From Takakia lepidozioides (Eukaryota > Plantae > Bryophyta), in NCBI GenBank assembly GCA_030704615.1, contig CM060733.1:41354001-41418000 (forward strand): a stretch of DNA of 64,000 nucleotides, written 5' to 3'. Shown in pieces: positions 13,269 through 25,317 of this stretch. Position numbers and translations under genes: made by a program. Below the pieces are notes generated by a model, which ran no database searches, was not told the DNA's origin, and was given only the letters and a program-made list of their open reading frames with translations. How positions within the stretch are numbered: position 1 is the first letter of the stretch; every line of letters starts with the position of its first letter.

Positions 13269-13807
13269 AAAGAATGGGGCATAAATCCCCTTCTGTGTAA
13301 TTCTAACTGTACTTCTTCTAGTAAAAAGAACAACCTAACAATCTACCAGCGGCACACGGTTATGGGTTTCCCTCCTATCGTTCATGATGAGAGTTCATAA
13401 ATCCTCATCCACGCCGCAGCGGAAGAGAAAACATGGATGGGGATTGAATCCTTCTTGTTCATGATTTACACAATCTTTATACAATTGCAGCACCAATGGT
13501 GCTGCTGTGATATTTTCAGTGATACAAACAGCCCTATGATGGAGCTAAATGCGACCCATGTGGGCATCACCCTTGAGCAACACACGTCAAAACCCCTTTT
13601 GTAATGAGATCACTGATAAGAGGAAGGCAACTCAGATCTACCATGAATTACAGGCCTAGTGATTCTCTGCAGATATCATGGTTTTTCCTCTATCTCCCAG
13701 TTGACCATCCCTCATTACCCCTTTTACTGAGCAGCTCTCTCCCTTCCCAAACCTTTTCTCTCTCCTTCCTGCTGTAAAATTCCTCATTTTCTTCCAACCA
13801 GCAGCCT
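13269..13807 (-). repeat. Gypsy-1 5' LTR, U5-side portion only
   Basis: Matches 5177-5717; similarity ends at GCAGCCT, where Gypsy-A begins. Confidence 0.9.
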
Positions 13808-14790
13808 TGTTAGAGGGCTGCTTGGGACTTGGACGCTTTTACGGGTTCTGTGGGGTACCCTTAATTTTTTGCGCTGACTGAGACCAACAGGAGCCTTAGA
13901 GGTGGCAGCAGCAGGCTTTAGGGGGGTTACACAGCCAACACAGCCCGACATAGCCAGTCACAGTCTGCCACAGCTTCGCACAGTCCGACACAGCCGACAC
14001 AGTCCGTCACAGTTAGTCACAGCCGACACAACTCGACATAGCCAGTCACAGCCCGCCACAGTTTCGCACAGCCCGACACAGCCGACACAGTCCGTCATAG
14101 CCAGTCACAGCCCGACACAGCCTTACACAGCCAGTCATAGCTCAACACAGCTTGACACAGCCTGTCACAGTACATGGGGAACAGTTATCATTGGCAAGGA
14201 ACGACTGTGAGGGAACGACATCTGCAGAAGGAACGTGTTACTACAGGGATGACGGTTAATTAGTTAGGTGGTTAGAACAGCTTGCGGGCAGATAAGGGGA
14301 GCGGAACGGAAAGAGGGGACACTTCACGGGGAGCGTTTCTGGGTGATGGAAAGAGGAGATCAGGCGGAGAGCAAGAATGAGAGGACAAAGAATGAGAAAA
14401 GATGAACAGTAGATGCTTATTACATGCAGTGATACTGTGGGCGGATTAGAGTCACCTTGACATTGGACTAGTACCTGATAAATCATAATCTGATACTTAT
14501 TCGATACAAGCACACTGTGTAGAGAGACATGAGGGAAGCTGTGAAACGAATGCATGATAAACTGGAACTAAGTAGATACTGAAGCAATCTGATGCTTCAG
14601 TATCAGATAAGGTAAATTGATAACATGAAGGCAAGAAGGAATACAAATGGGAAGCACAACCATGATTCACTAGCTGCAGGTCATGACTGATTGTACTGAG
14701 CAGGCTGAGTGCTTAGAGATATCCAACTCTTCTATCTTGGAGTTTCCACCTCGGATAGCGAAGGGATGGGTGAGTAAAAGCCGCTCGACA
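13808..14790 (+). repeat. Gypsy-A 5' LTR
   Basis: TGTTAGAGGG...CCGCTCGACA; homologous to 25318-26242. Confidence 0.92.
13931..14170. repeat. ~10-bp-unit CACAG-rich degenerate tandem array in the LTR
   Basis: Units such as cagcccgaca, tagccagtca, cagtctgcca, cagcttcgca; shorter version at ~25437-25610. Confidence 0.8.
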
Positions 14791-14792
14791 TT

Positions 14793-14810
14793 TGGCGACC
14801 ATACTGGGGA
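14793..14810 (+). promoter_or_regulatory. Gypsy-A primer-binding site TGGCGACCATACTGGGGA
   Basis: Starts 2 nt after the LTR CA; TGGCGAC...CTGGGGA resembles tRNA-Arg-type PBS of Tat/Ogre-like elements (tRNA identity is inferred). Confidence 0.75.
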
Positions 14811-15686
14811 CCTGGGTCATGAACAACCAGATGTGACAGGCATCTGGTGGGATCATGTTGGCTGGAGAATTAAATTTTTTGATGTGAATCAAATTCCCTG
14901 TAAAACTGAGAAGGAAAGATTGTCCAAACAATTCTTTCAGAGGTTCTTGGAATTGCCAGACGGTTGTAGAAAAAACATTCTTAGGAGAGTGCATGATGCT
15001 GACCCTGAGTGGGGTCTGGAGAAAGGGGTGATAAAGATTTATCAGGTGGCATGTAGAAGAAGAGCACGTTGGTTACCAACACTGGTTTATGTGATAGCAT
15101 TGCTATCCATTAAGCGAGTAGAGTTTGAAGGCTGGGAGGAAAGGAAGGTGAATGTTTATACTCATATGCATGAAGAGCTTGTATTGGTAAAGAATTGGAT
15201 TCCAAAGGATATTTTGTGGATCAAACTCACACCAAGAGCAGCTTTCCAGACTTGTTTGCCATATGGTTATATGGTAACGGAGACTTCTAGTATAGCCAAG
15301 GGTGCATTGAAGCTTGAAAGAAACCCAGGCATATACGAGAGATACTACAGAAGAGAGTTTTGGTTATTGCCACATTAAAGAAATGAAAGACATGGGACAT
15401 GAGTGATGAAAGAGAAGCTAGACTCCAGATATATTCAGCAAAAAGAGAAAGTTATCTAAAAGCTAATTATCCATATCTTTGGGAGAGAGGAATAGACATA
15501 GGGGAATCATCTGGACCTCTCACACCATTAAGATCAGAGACTACATCACCCATACCGGAAGAACTAGAGTTGGATGCCACTCCTTCTTTTTCTTTGCAAG
15601 AAAGATTAAGGGAATTGGTACTGGAAGAAGATCAACCACGAGGTGAAAGATCTGAGGTACATCCCTGCATAAAAGATTTGACATAA
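14800..15686 (+). pseudogene. Gypsy-A extra ORF upstream of gag, unknown function
   Basis: ORFs 14683-15378 and 15399-15686 lie between the PBS and gag, with protein-like composition. Confidence 0.45.
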
Positions 15687-15690
15687 ATCT

Positions 15691-17600
15691 TTGATAAGAG
15701 TTTGGCATGGAACACCAAAAGCAGGAACTCCAGTTTTTGAAACTGAAGGTGAAGAAGGAGGAGAGGATGTGGCAGAGCCAACGGAGAGTTCAGACTCTCC
15801 AACACCATTGCAGTTGAGTTACATGAGTGAAGAAGAAACCCAAGGGCAGAACTTGGAGGATGAAAACAGAGAGAAGAAATTGGAAGAGGAAGAGTATGAA
15901 GAAGTAGACCCAACAGCTGAGGTTGAGACTACAACCAGGACATCCCAACCCGTTGGACCTGGATCAAGTGGAGCACTTGGATCACAGGCCAACGAAGGTG
16001 TCGGCTCAGGGGGATCAGGCGGGCAGCCTGGATCTGGCTCTGGGGGGACAGGGAGTGTGGGAAGTAGTGCAACTGGAGCTGGGAATACTATGAATATCGT
16101 GGGGCCAGTAGCAGGGAGTGCTTAGGGGCCACCACTTGGTGGAAGATCCACCACAACTACAACAGGTCCTCAAGGACCAGCACCAGCAAGGGGGCCAACA
16201 TCTGTCAGTGGGCAGAAGGTAGGGCCACAGATGGCGTTACAACCAACACGGGCAAAACCACCTTTTCCAATATATTCAGGAAAAGGGGATCCTGATGTAC
16301 ACATTAGCCAATTTGAGCACATGTGTATTGTGAACAATGAGAATGGCGATGAAGCCAAGATGAGACTGTTTACTTGTTCACTTATCAAGAAAGCAAGTGA
16401 ATGGTATGCAAGATTCCCTGATAATCATTTCCTAACCTAATGGCTTGAATACAACATTCCGAAATAGGTTCAGGACAAGTAAAACTGAGGATGAAGTGTA
16501 TGGAAGTTTACAACAGTTAAAGCTAAAGAAGCATGAAACTGTTGAGGAGTATATGGAAAAGATGGAATGATGAAAAAGCTGGCTACTGTACCAGCACCAG
16601 GTTTACAGAAGACTTGGTTTGTGAGTGGACTAAGACCAGAGTTGCAAAAGAAAGTGGATATGTTACCCCATAATACAGTGGAGGAGGCATTTGAAACAGC
16701 GAACAAAATTGAGCAATTGGGAATGCTCATGAGAGAGAAAAGGGATGATGAGGACTCTGAGGATGAGTCAGATGAGGAAGAAGAGCAAGAGCTGAAAAGG
16801 AAGAGTAAGAGGAAGGAAAAGTTGAAGAGGGATAACTATGAGAAAAGATTAGAAGAAATCTTGAAGAAGTATGCCACAAAGGCTGCAACACATTGGAGGA
16901 AGGGTGTTTGGTGTGCAAAGTGCCAGAATGAAGGCCATACCACCACTGAATGCCACATGAAGGAGAAACATTGTACTATCTATAAGATGGATAACCATTC
17001 TACTGAGAATTGTTACTACAACAGAAGGACAGCTGCAAGAGAACCTAGGCAAGTAAGGGTGCATCAAGTGCAGACCTAGCCAAGAAGAAACAGTGATCAG
17101 GATGTGGTATGGTAGGCCTGGTGGTTATAACAATGGTATGGAAGGGAGAGGTAATTCAAGAGGGAATTACCAAGGAAATTCGAGGGGCAACTATCAGGGT
17201 AATCCAAGGGGGAATTACCAGCTAGGGAATTAGGATTACAGAAATAATCCTAGAGCAGACCAAGGGCGAGGACCCAATGGTGAAGAATTGTGTTACTATT
17301 GTAATCAGGCAGGACATCGCAAGGCAGCCTGTTCATTTTGGATTAGACACTAGAATGAGATGAGAGCTCCTGTGAATGAGGGCCCAGTGGTGGCAGCTCA
17401 CATGGTTAGGCCATGTGTTGTACTAGAAGTAAGTACAATGATAGTAACGAGAAGCAAAGCCAAACTAATACCTCCAGTAGATGAGGAAGATGATAATAAT
17501 GAAGATGGCGGTGATGTGCCTGAAGATGATGAGGCTTGGAGAGATGAGAAGGAATTGCACAAGGAAGTGGCAGATACCATAAGGGAAATGCAGAAGAGTA
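15691..17600 (+). pseudogene. Gypsy-A gag
   Basis: YSGKGDPDVHISQFE...LFTCSL...EWY, FVSGLRPELQK, knuckle CAKCQNEGHTTTEC; several stops. Confidence 0.85.
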
Positions 17601-20600
17601 CTGAGGAGCAGGAAGCTACCATGTTTGCTGCACACCCAGAGTGGGAGCAGGTTGCAGAAATGCAGCTAGAATACCTAAGTTGTTTAAAAGGTATCTGCTA
17701 TGGTGTAGTGACAACAACACCAATTGAAGGTGAAACAAGCAGTTACCCACCACATTTCTATGAAGAAAGAGAAGGAGAAATGGAAATCCTAGAGGAACCA
17801 GCCACTGTGAGTTTACACGATGAAGTGGTAACTGGTTGGACAATCACAACTGATGAGCAGGTGAGAGAAGTGAATGTGGGAACTGAGGAGGAACCGAGGA
17901 TGGTGAAGGTAGGGGCTGATTTGGAGCCAGAATTCTTTGAGGAAGCTAAAAGTTTGCTCATCAAATACAGAGATGTATTTGCTTGGAGCTATGAGGATCT
18001 AAAAGGGATACCACCTGAGATCTGTCAGCATAAGATTGAACTGGAACCAGGGTCAGTACCAATCAAACAGGCAAGGTACAGAATGAATCCCAACTATGCA
18101 AAGAAGGTTGGAGAAGAGATCAAGAAGTTGGCTGAGGCTAAGTTTATATACCCGATAGAGTATACAACTTGGTTGTCACCCATTGTGATAGTTCCCAAGA
18201 AGAATGGTAAACTGAGAGTTTGTGTGAACTATAAGAAGTTGAATGCTTGCACGAAGAAAGATCATTTTCCTTTGCCATTACAGAAGCGGTATTGGACATT
18301 GTGGCAGGCCATGAGATGTACTCATTCATGGATGGCTTCAGTGGTTATAATCAAGTGCAAGTGGCAGAAGAAGACCAAGGAAAGACAGCTTTCATCACAG
18401 ACTGAGGTGCTTATGCATACAAAGTCATGCCTTTTGGACTTTGTAATGCACCAGCAACCTTTCAGAGAGTGATAAGTGAATCTTTTCATGAGTATCTGGA
18501 TGATTTCATGCAGGTGTTCTTAGATGATTTCAGTGTGTACAGCTCTAAGAATGAGCACTTGCATAAATTGGAGTTATGTTTGGCCAGATGCAGGATGAGA
18601 GGTCTGGGCCTGAATCCAGAGAAGTGTACTTTCTGTGTGAACTCAGGGGTGCTTTTGGGACACATTGTGTGTAAGAGGGGACTTCTTGTGGATCCCAGGA
18701 AGACAGAGGCCATTAAAGCCTCTCCACCACCAGTAAATGTTAAGAGTCTAAGGAGATTCCTTGGACAAACCAATTATTACAGAAGATTTGTCAAAATGTA
18801 TGCACAGATAGCAGCACCATTGAGCAAGCTTCTGAAAAAAGATGCAGTGTTTGCATGGACAGCTGAATGTCAACAGGCTTTTGAGGAACTTACATTGTCA
18901 GTAACAACTACACCTGTGCTGATTAATCCTCACTGACATATAGTATTTCATGTTCACTGTGATGCCTTAGGAGAAGCGTTGGGAGCGGTGTTAGCCCAAA
19001 ATGTTACAGGAAATATAGATTCACTTGTGTACTATGCTAGCAGGTTGATGAACAGTGCTGAAAGGAACTATAGCACAACTGAAAGAGAAGCACTGGCAAT
19101 GATTTATGCAGTCAAGAAATTCAGGCATTACCTATTGGAAAGAAAGTTTATGTTTTATGTGGATCACCAGGCTCTGATATATCTGGTGAACAAACCTTTG
19201 ATAAGTGGAAGGATAGCAAGGTGGTTAATAATCTTGCACAAGTTTGAGTTCGAAGTTGTTTACAAGCCTGGCCGTTTGCATCTTGTGGCAGATCATTTGT
19301 CACGCCTAACAACAGGAGAGCCCGCCACAGGAGTAGACGACCAATTACCTGATGCGAGTTTATTTGCAATGGAGGTGCAAGGAAGTGCAGATGAATGGTT
19401 AGATTGGCAGTGGCCAATCAGATACTACCTTACTCATGGTCAGTGCCCACCTAGTTATGGTAAGGAGCAGAGGAAGAGAATCGCTATCAAGGCTTTACCT
19501 TATACTATGGTAGGGGTCAGAATGTATAAGCTAGGACCTGATGGAGTACTTAAACGATGCTTGTACCACCATGAAGTAAATAAAGTTTTGGAGGAAGTTC
19601 ATAAAAGAGTGGCTGGAGGTCATTTTGGAGAAGAGACTACCAGTAGGAAGATACTACTTGCAGGTTACTGGTGGCTTACTTTGTTCAAAGATGTACACAA
19701 GTATTGTCAGAGTTGTGATGAATGTCAGAGGCTAGGACCTTTGCAGAGATCTGGGAAGATGGCTTTGCATCCTACGATGCCTACTGAACCATTTCAGAAA
19801 TGGGGACTAGACTTTGTTGGACCAATTAACCCACCGGCCAAGAATACACAGAACAAGTATATAATTATAGCCACTGATTATACTACAAAGTGGGTGGACG
19901 CTAAAGCTCTGAGGGACAACACAGCCAAGTCCACAGCAAGGTTCCTGTATGAGAACATACTTACACGATTTGGCTGTCCCTTGGAATTTATCAGTGACCA
20001 GGGAAGTCACTTCATTAATGAGACCATTGAACTATTGACTAAAGAGTTCATGATTGTGCATAGAAAGAGTACAACGTATTACCCACAGGGTAATGGGCAG
20101 GCAGAGGCTACCAACAAAATACTATGTACTATCTTGGCTAAGATAGTCAATGCAAACAGAACGGATTGGGATACAAAGTTGCTGACAGCTTTGTGGTCAT
20201 ACATGACTTCATATAAAGTCACCACTAAGTACACACCATTCCAATTAGTTTATGGTATAGAAGCTTTACTTCCAGTGGAATTCTTGTTACCTACCATGAG
20301 AACAGAATGGGGAAAGAGAGTGGAATTGGAAGATTCAATTAAGGTCAGGAAACATGAATTATACCATGTGGAAGAAGTACGTGCTGATGCAGCTGATAAC
20401 ATGACCAGAATTCAGATGAAGAGGAAGGAACATTTTGATGAAGGCAAATTAAAGACTTTGAAGACGGGAGATTTGGTTATCTGGTTGCAGAAGAAGGGGA
20501 AGATTAAAGCTTCTAAGCTTAAATCACCATGGAAGGGACCTTATGTCATACAGAAGATGTATGATAACAACACAGCCATGTTACAAACCATTAACAAAGA

Positions 20601-20700
20601 GATGCTAGGAAGAGTCAATGCCAATAAGTTGAAGGGGTACAGTGGTATCCATGACAAACCATTGCAGCACGATTTGCATGTTGAAACGCAAAAGCAGTCA
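17601..20700 (+). pseudogene. Gypsy-A pol (RT, RNase H, integrase); protease deleted
   Basis: MPFGLCNAPATFQR, FLDD, YSTTEREAL, VDHQAL, HHCC, WGLDFVGP, SDQGSHF, GNGQAE, WKGPY; frameshift near 18280, stop at 18934-18936. Confidence 0.95.
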
Positions 20701-20790
20701 CGGGCTGCGCCAGTGATACCAACGGAGTATGGAGCACTTGTCGCTAAGCCGAGCATATATAACCAGGGCGGGAACTACAAGTGTTCGCAT

Positions 20791-20960
20791 ACCTATCACA
20801 GCCCATCACAGTGTCACACAGCCTATCACAGCCCATCACAGTGCCACACAGCCTATCACAGCCCATCACAGCGTCACACAGCCTATCACAGCCCATCACA
20901 GCGTCACACAGCCTATCACAGTGCCACACAGCCTATCACAGCCCAACACAGCCCATACAA
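20791..20960. repeat. Tandem repeat, 30-bp unit built from 10-bp subunits
   Basis: About 4.5 copies of gcctatcaca-gcccatcaca-gygycacaca. Confidence 0.9.
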
Positions 20961-23900
20961 ATTACACAGTCCATAGGGTCAGTGACAGGTGGACGTGAAT
21001 TAACGTTAGAAAAGTGGCCATCAAGTGAAGAAAAAGTTTGGAAGTCAAACTTGGAGAATGTGCCACGCGGAGAGGGGAAGACGGGGGCATGTTTAGAAAC
21101 GGACACGTGGCGGCAAAGGCGAAGCACACCGTGCTGCATCGATTGCAAAAGTGAGTTTCATCGTGCAAGAGGACAAATCGGGCCATCAAAGTACCTACCC
21201 GGTACAACAACTAATACTAATTGTGGGCCCATTAATGCATTCAGTGCCAGGGTAACGGAACCCTTTTCGAGTTCAGAAAAAGGAAACCTATGCCACATGT
21301 GCTGTTCTACTGGACATTCCAGGTGGAAATGTCCATGGAGGGGGGAGGAAATAAGGAATTATCTAAGCAGTCCACAACCAATCAGGAGTGAGAATTACAT
21401 GCAGGTGGTTCCCTCCAAGAAACAAGAACAAGAAATAGGAAGAGTTATGAGCGGAAGAGTCGGAGTGGCTCTGAATAGCCAAGCTCTCGACGGAAGGGGC
21501 AATCAAAGCACTAGCCTGGTAGCTATGGCAGATGTAACCGATTACACACTCGCTTTACTTCTCATGCAGTGGCGCAAGGACGGACGCATTGAGAGTATAT
21601 TTTCTCTCACTCGTTACTTGCAAGCCCCACAGGCTTACACGCACTTACCTGTTCCATTCTGTGCCAACCATACCTTCATGCTCTGTGCCCTGCAAGCTTT
21701 CCTTCAGCTGTTTCAAACAAAGCCTTTCTGTTTGTCTAGAATGAAGAGAGTGAGGGGAATGGAGGATATCAGGGTGAAGAGCACCACGATACTGCAGAAG
21801 CAAACAATTGCAGCACCGCAAGCAGTACAGCTGCTAAGGGAGTTGCGATTGGAGGGGCTGCTACGCAATGACTGGTCCTTGCATCATCGGCAGTTCATGA
21901 TACAATTTCTTCAGAACTTTGAGCCTCGGACGGGAGTTACTCAGGTGAGGGGAGTAGATATAGAAATTACTCCCCAGTACCTGCAGCAATTGTTTGATTT
22001 GCCATCAGGACATGTGGATGTGGATGAGCACAGGACAAGATTGCAGATATGGAATTTGTTCCAAGAAGGGAGTTTCTTTAAAACTCAAGGTTACGCTTGT
22101 ACCAAAGCCGAGTACCCAGGGCTTAGGGAAGTTGGCCAGATATTGAACGTTCTGTTTGTCATGAAACAGAACCAACAATATTTGAGCAGGTCATTCACAG
22201 AGGAGATCCTGAAAGCTTTGAGGGGAGAGGATGTCGTTTGGGCAGAGTTAATGTATAATGGACTGGTGGACGAGATGAAGTGGTTACAGGGCACTGCTGC
22301 TAAGTCTCCGATCATTGTGTCTAGTCCAGTCATTGCCCAAATAATTCTTGATTCTTGCATACTTGATACTCGGGAACGTAAGGAGATGAGAGTGTTTGAG
22401 GCAGAAACCACTGCAATTGAAGAGCAGGGCTCTTTACACAGTGAGGGTGGACTGGCAAGGCAACACCAGTCTAAGAGACAGAGGCGGGGTATGACTGTAG
22501 TGGCGGATCCACTGGCTTCACGGAAACCGCACGATAATGCTTCCCAAGCTCTTGTGCAGGATGGGGCACAGCAGCACAGAGAGCTGTTATTATTGGAAGC
22601 ACAGCCTTCGGAAAGGGAAGAGGAAGTCACTTCAATACCACAGCCACCACAACCAATTGATTCAATTGTTTTAGAGGTTCCATAGTTAGTACATGCTGTA
22701 ACATCACCCCCAATTGCTCTGGAAGGAGAAAGGTTGGACATTCCCACTACAGAGCAGGTCGTGGCCGAAATTGAGAAGGGTGACCTTCTCTATGAAAACT
22801 CTGGCTTGGTAAGGGAATCAGTGATTCCAGAGGTGCAGCGGTTGTCCAGGGAAAACCCTGCTGTGCATGTAATACCCACACCTGTGACGGAGGTACCAGG
22901 GGTAGAATATTAAGACACTGCAGCACCTATGGCGGATGAGGTGGTTCAGGAAGAAAATCTGGTGGGGCAATGGCCTGAATGTTGGTGATGCATCACACTG
23001 TCGAGCATCAGGAAGAACAGCAGCAAGCTCACCATGATGACCCTCAGCAGGAGTTCCATAAGCAGAACACTTAATTTGTTGGGCACTTATGTGAAATCCC
23101 ATGTTCCATCTACCCAATTGGCAGCTTTGAGGGAGGAACTCAGGAAGGAGTTTGAGGCTCGACTTCCCACTGAGTGTGCTAACAAGGTCGATGAGGAGGT
23201 CAATCTCAAGTTACAGCAAGAGTTAGAGGACACAAAGGCTGCTTTGCAGTTGGCCAAGGGACATCTGATTGAAGCCGGCCTCGAGCACGACCAGTTGCAT
23301 GAAGCACATAAGCAACAGTTATACCAAATGCAGGTGAAGCATGAGGGCAAGTTGCAAGAAGTCAATGCACTACATACAGAGTTGCAAGCAGTACATGAGA
23401 GGATGACCATACAATGTGCTACACTCACAACTACTCTTGAGCAAACTGCATTAGAAGTTAACAGACAAGGGGAGAGATGTATGAAAGCAGAGACAGAGAT
23501 AATCGAGTAGGCAAAACTCATTGTTGATATGAAGAATACAATCTGTCGCAATGAGAATATTTTCAAGCAATACAGACAGGTTGAGGCTGACCAAGAGAGG
23601 TACATCCTAGAGTTGCAACAAACGGTCATGGTAAATAGAAATGAATTCTCTGTGGCTAACAAGGCTTGGAAGGAAGCCAATAATCTGGCTGTTGCCTATG
23701 CAAGTTTGGTTGAACCTCATGCGAAGTGCATGGAGGCTTTACAGCAGCAGTTAAATGTGTACAGGCTCACAGAGGAGCAGACTCTCAGGGGTGCCACACA
23801 CAACTTGGTGGATAACCACCTTATGCAGGTCTGGTTAGCACAAGGTCCGGTGGAAGGCAAAGCACCAAGGAAGCTCACCCAGGGCGAGATGAATGAGCTC

Positions 23901-25278
23901 AGACTGCAGGTGCAGAACATTGCCACAACTACTATAGACAATGTCTATAGTAGAATAGCGGAGCTACAGGAGGATGTAGAAGGCCTGCAGACTCAGGTGG
24001 ATGACCTGAGTTCAAATATTGACAAGAGAGTCTTTGTATCTGAGGAGCAGCTGATGGCTACATATTTACAAGCCAGAACTCTAATTTTTCAGTCTTCTTC
24101 GCAAGGGGTGCAGGAGATGCCAGTGGTAGAAGGGCCAGTGGTACCAATACAACAACAAGTGACTGTAAAGGTAGTTGACCCTATTGTTACTACAACCACA
24201 CCACAGCCTGAGGTACGGGGGGATGCTGCTTTTAACCCATCTAAGACTCTTGCTGCACGAGAGTACAGTCGGGCTATGATTATGCCCTTCAACCAAATTC
24301 CCATTGTGTTGGATTTGGCTTGGAAGGAATTTAGTCCTCCGCAGTCGTTGGCACATTACTACCAGATCATGCGCATTTGGCTGCCAGTGACAACTAGGAC
24401 TAAGGTTCTTCCGAACAATCGACCCATTGAGGATCATCACTTTGCGAGGTACTGGTCTGAAGCAAGTACCATGTTGAAGGAATTAATTGCCTTCCAAGTT
24501 GTACATGGGTACATTTATACCAAGACCAAGGAGGTAGCAAGTATTGTCATGGGCTGTGGATTATACTATGCTGCTTGTTTTCTGGCACGTTATCACATTG
24601 AGCAACAGAGGATGCGATCGCGATTTCTGAGTTATTCCAGTGGGGATCATTGGGTCTTACCTTCAGTGCCACATCATATGTACCTATATGAAGCAAAAGT
24701 TATGATGCAAAAGGATTCCCAACTTCGTTCATGGTTTCATTCGCCCTGGAACAATTTGACAACACAGAAATTTGGCCCTGACGATATTTTCTTTAAGGGA
24801 CATGAGGCATGGAAATACTTGCACTGTTCCCAAGTCATTGGCACACCACTCACCTTTATGGACAAGGAGTTCAGGGTGTTCACCTTTTTTTGCCATTAAG
24901 CGCTTACAACAAGTTGTACAGTTTAAACTTCCAGACATGGTGGGACCACATTGTATGCCCCACAGGATTCCAGTTAGAGTTCGACCGTTAAAACACCTAA
25001 GGGGGGACGAGGATTCTGATACTACTGTTTCTTCAGTGGACTCTTTTGACATGGCAGAGGACTGTGCAATTCAGATGGCAGAGAAGAAACAACGGGGATC
25101 TCCTATGCCTGAGAGGTTACCTCGTTATCAGCCAAAGGAGGGTCAGACATTTCTAGGTAGTGCTCAATCATCTCCGTCAACCAGTGACAGGATTCAAGCT
25201 TGCACACGGAGTCCTTTACGAGACTCTCACCGTCAGAAGGGTGCTCGCTCAAAAAAGTTTGCTAATCCCAAACAGTAA
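20961..25278 (+). pseudogene. Gypsy-A large accessory ORF downstream of integrase (CCHC knuckle, plant-transposon-protein-like domain, coiled coil)
   Basis: ORFs 20781-22685, 23034-23510, 23529-24899, 24772-25278; CHMCCSTGHSRWKC; QFLQNF...VRGVDIEITPQYLQQLFDLP; long heptad-rich stretch; conserved in Gypsy-B. Confidence 0.7.
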
Positions 25279-25300
25279 ACCGTGAGGACACGGTTTTTTT

Positions 25301-25313
25301 AGAGGGGGAGGGG
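25301..25313 (+). promoter_or_regulatory. Gypsy-A polypurine tract
   Basis: AGAGGGGGAGGGG, 4 nt before the 3' LTR, preceded by an AAACCGTG-agga-CACGGTTT hairpin. Confidence 0.88.
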
Positions 25314-25317
25314 TAAA

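Larger units (their letters stand above)
5168..13807 (-). mobile_element. Ty3/Gypsy LTR retrotransposon 'Gypsy-1' (no chromodomain), degenerate, 5' LTR interrupted by Gypsy-A
   Basis: Direct repeat 5177-5717 / 13269-13807; minus-strand order PBS, gag, RT, RNase H, INT, PPT; several frameshifts and stops. Confidence 0.92.

Noticed and set aside
20791-20960. Regular repeat array resembling CRISPR
   Set aside because: No unique spacers, eukaryotic retrotransposon context and no cas genes.
25277-25300. Hairpin plus T-run resembling an intrinsic terminator
   Set aside because: Common pre-PPT stem-loop of plant LTR elements; not a bacterial context.
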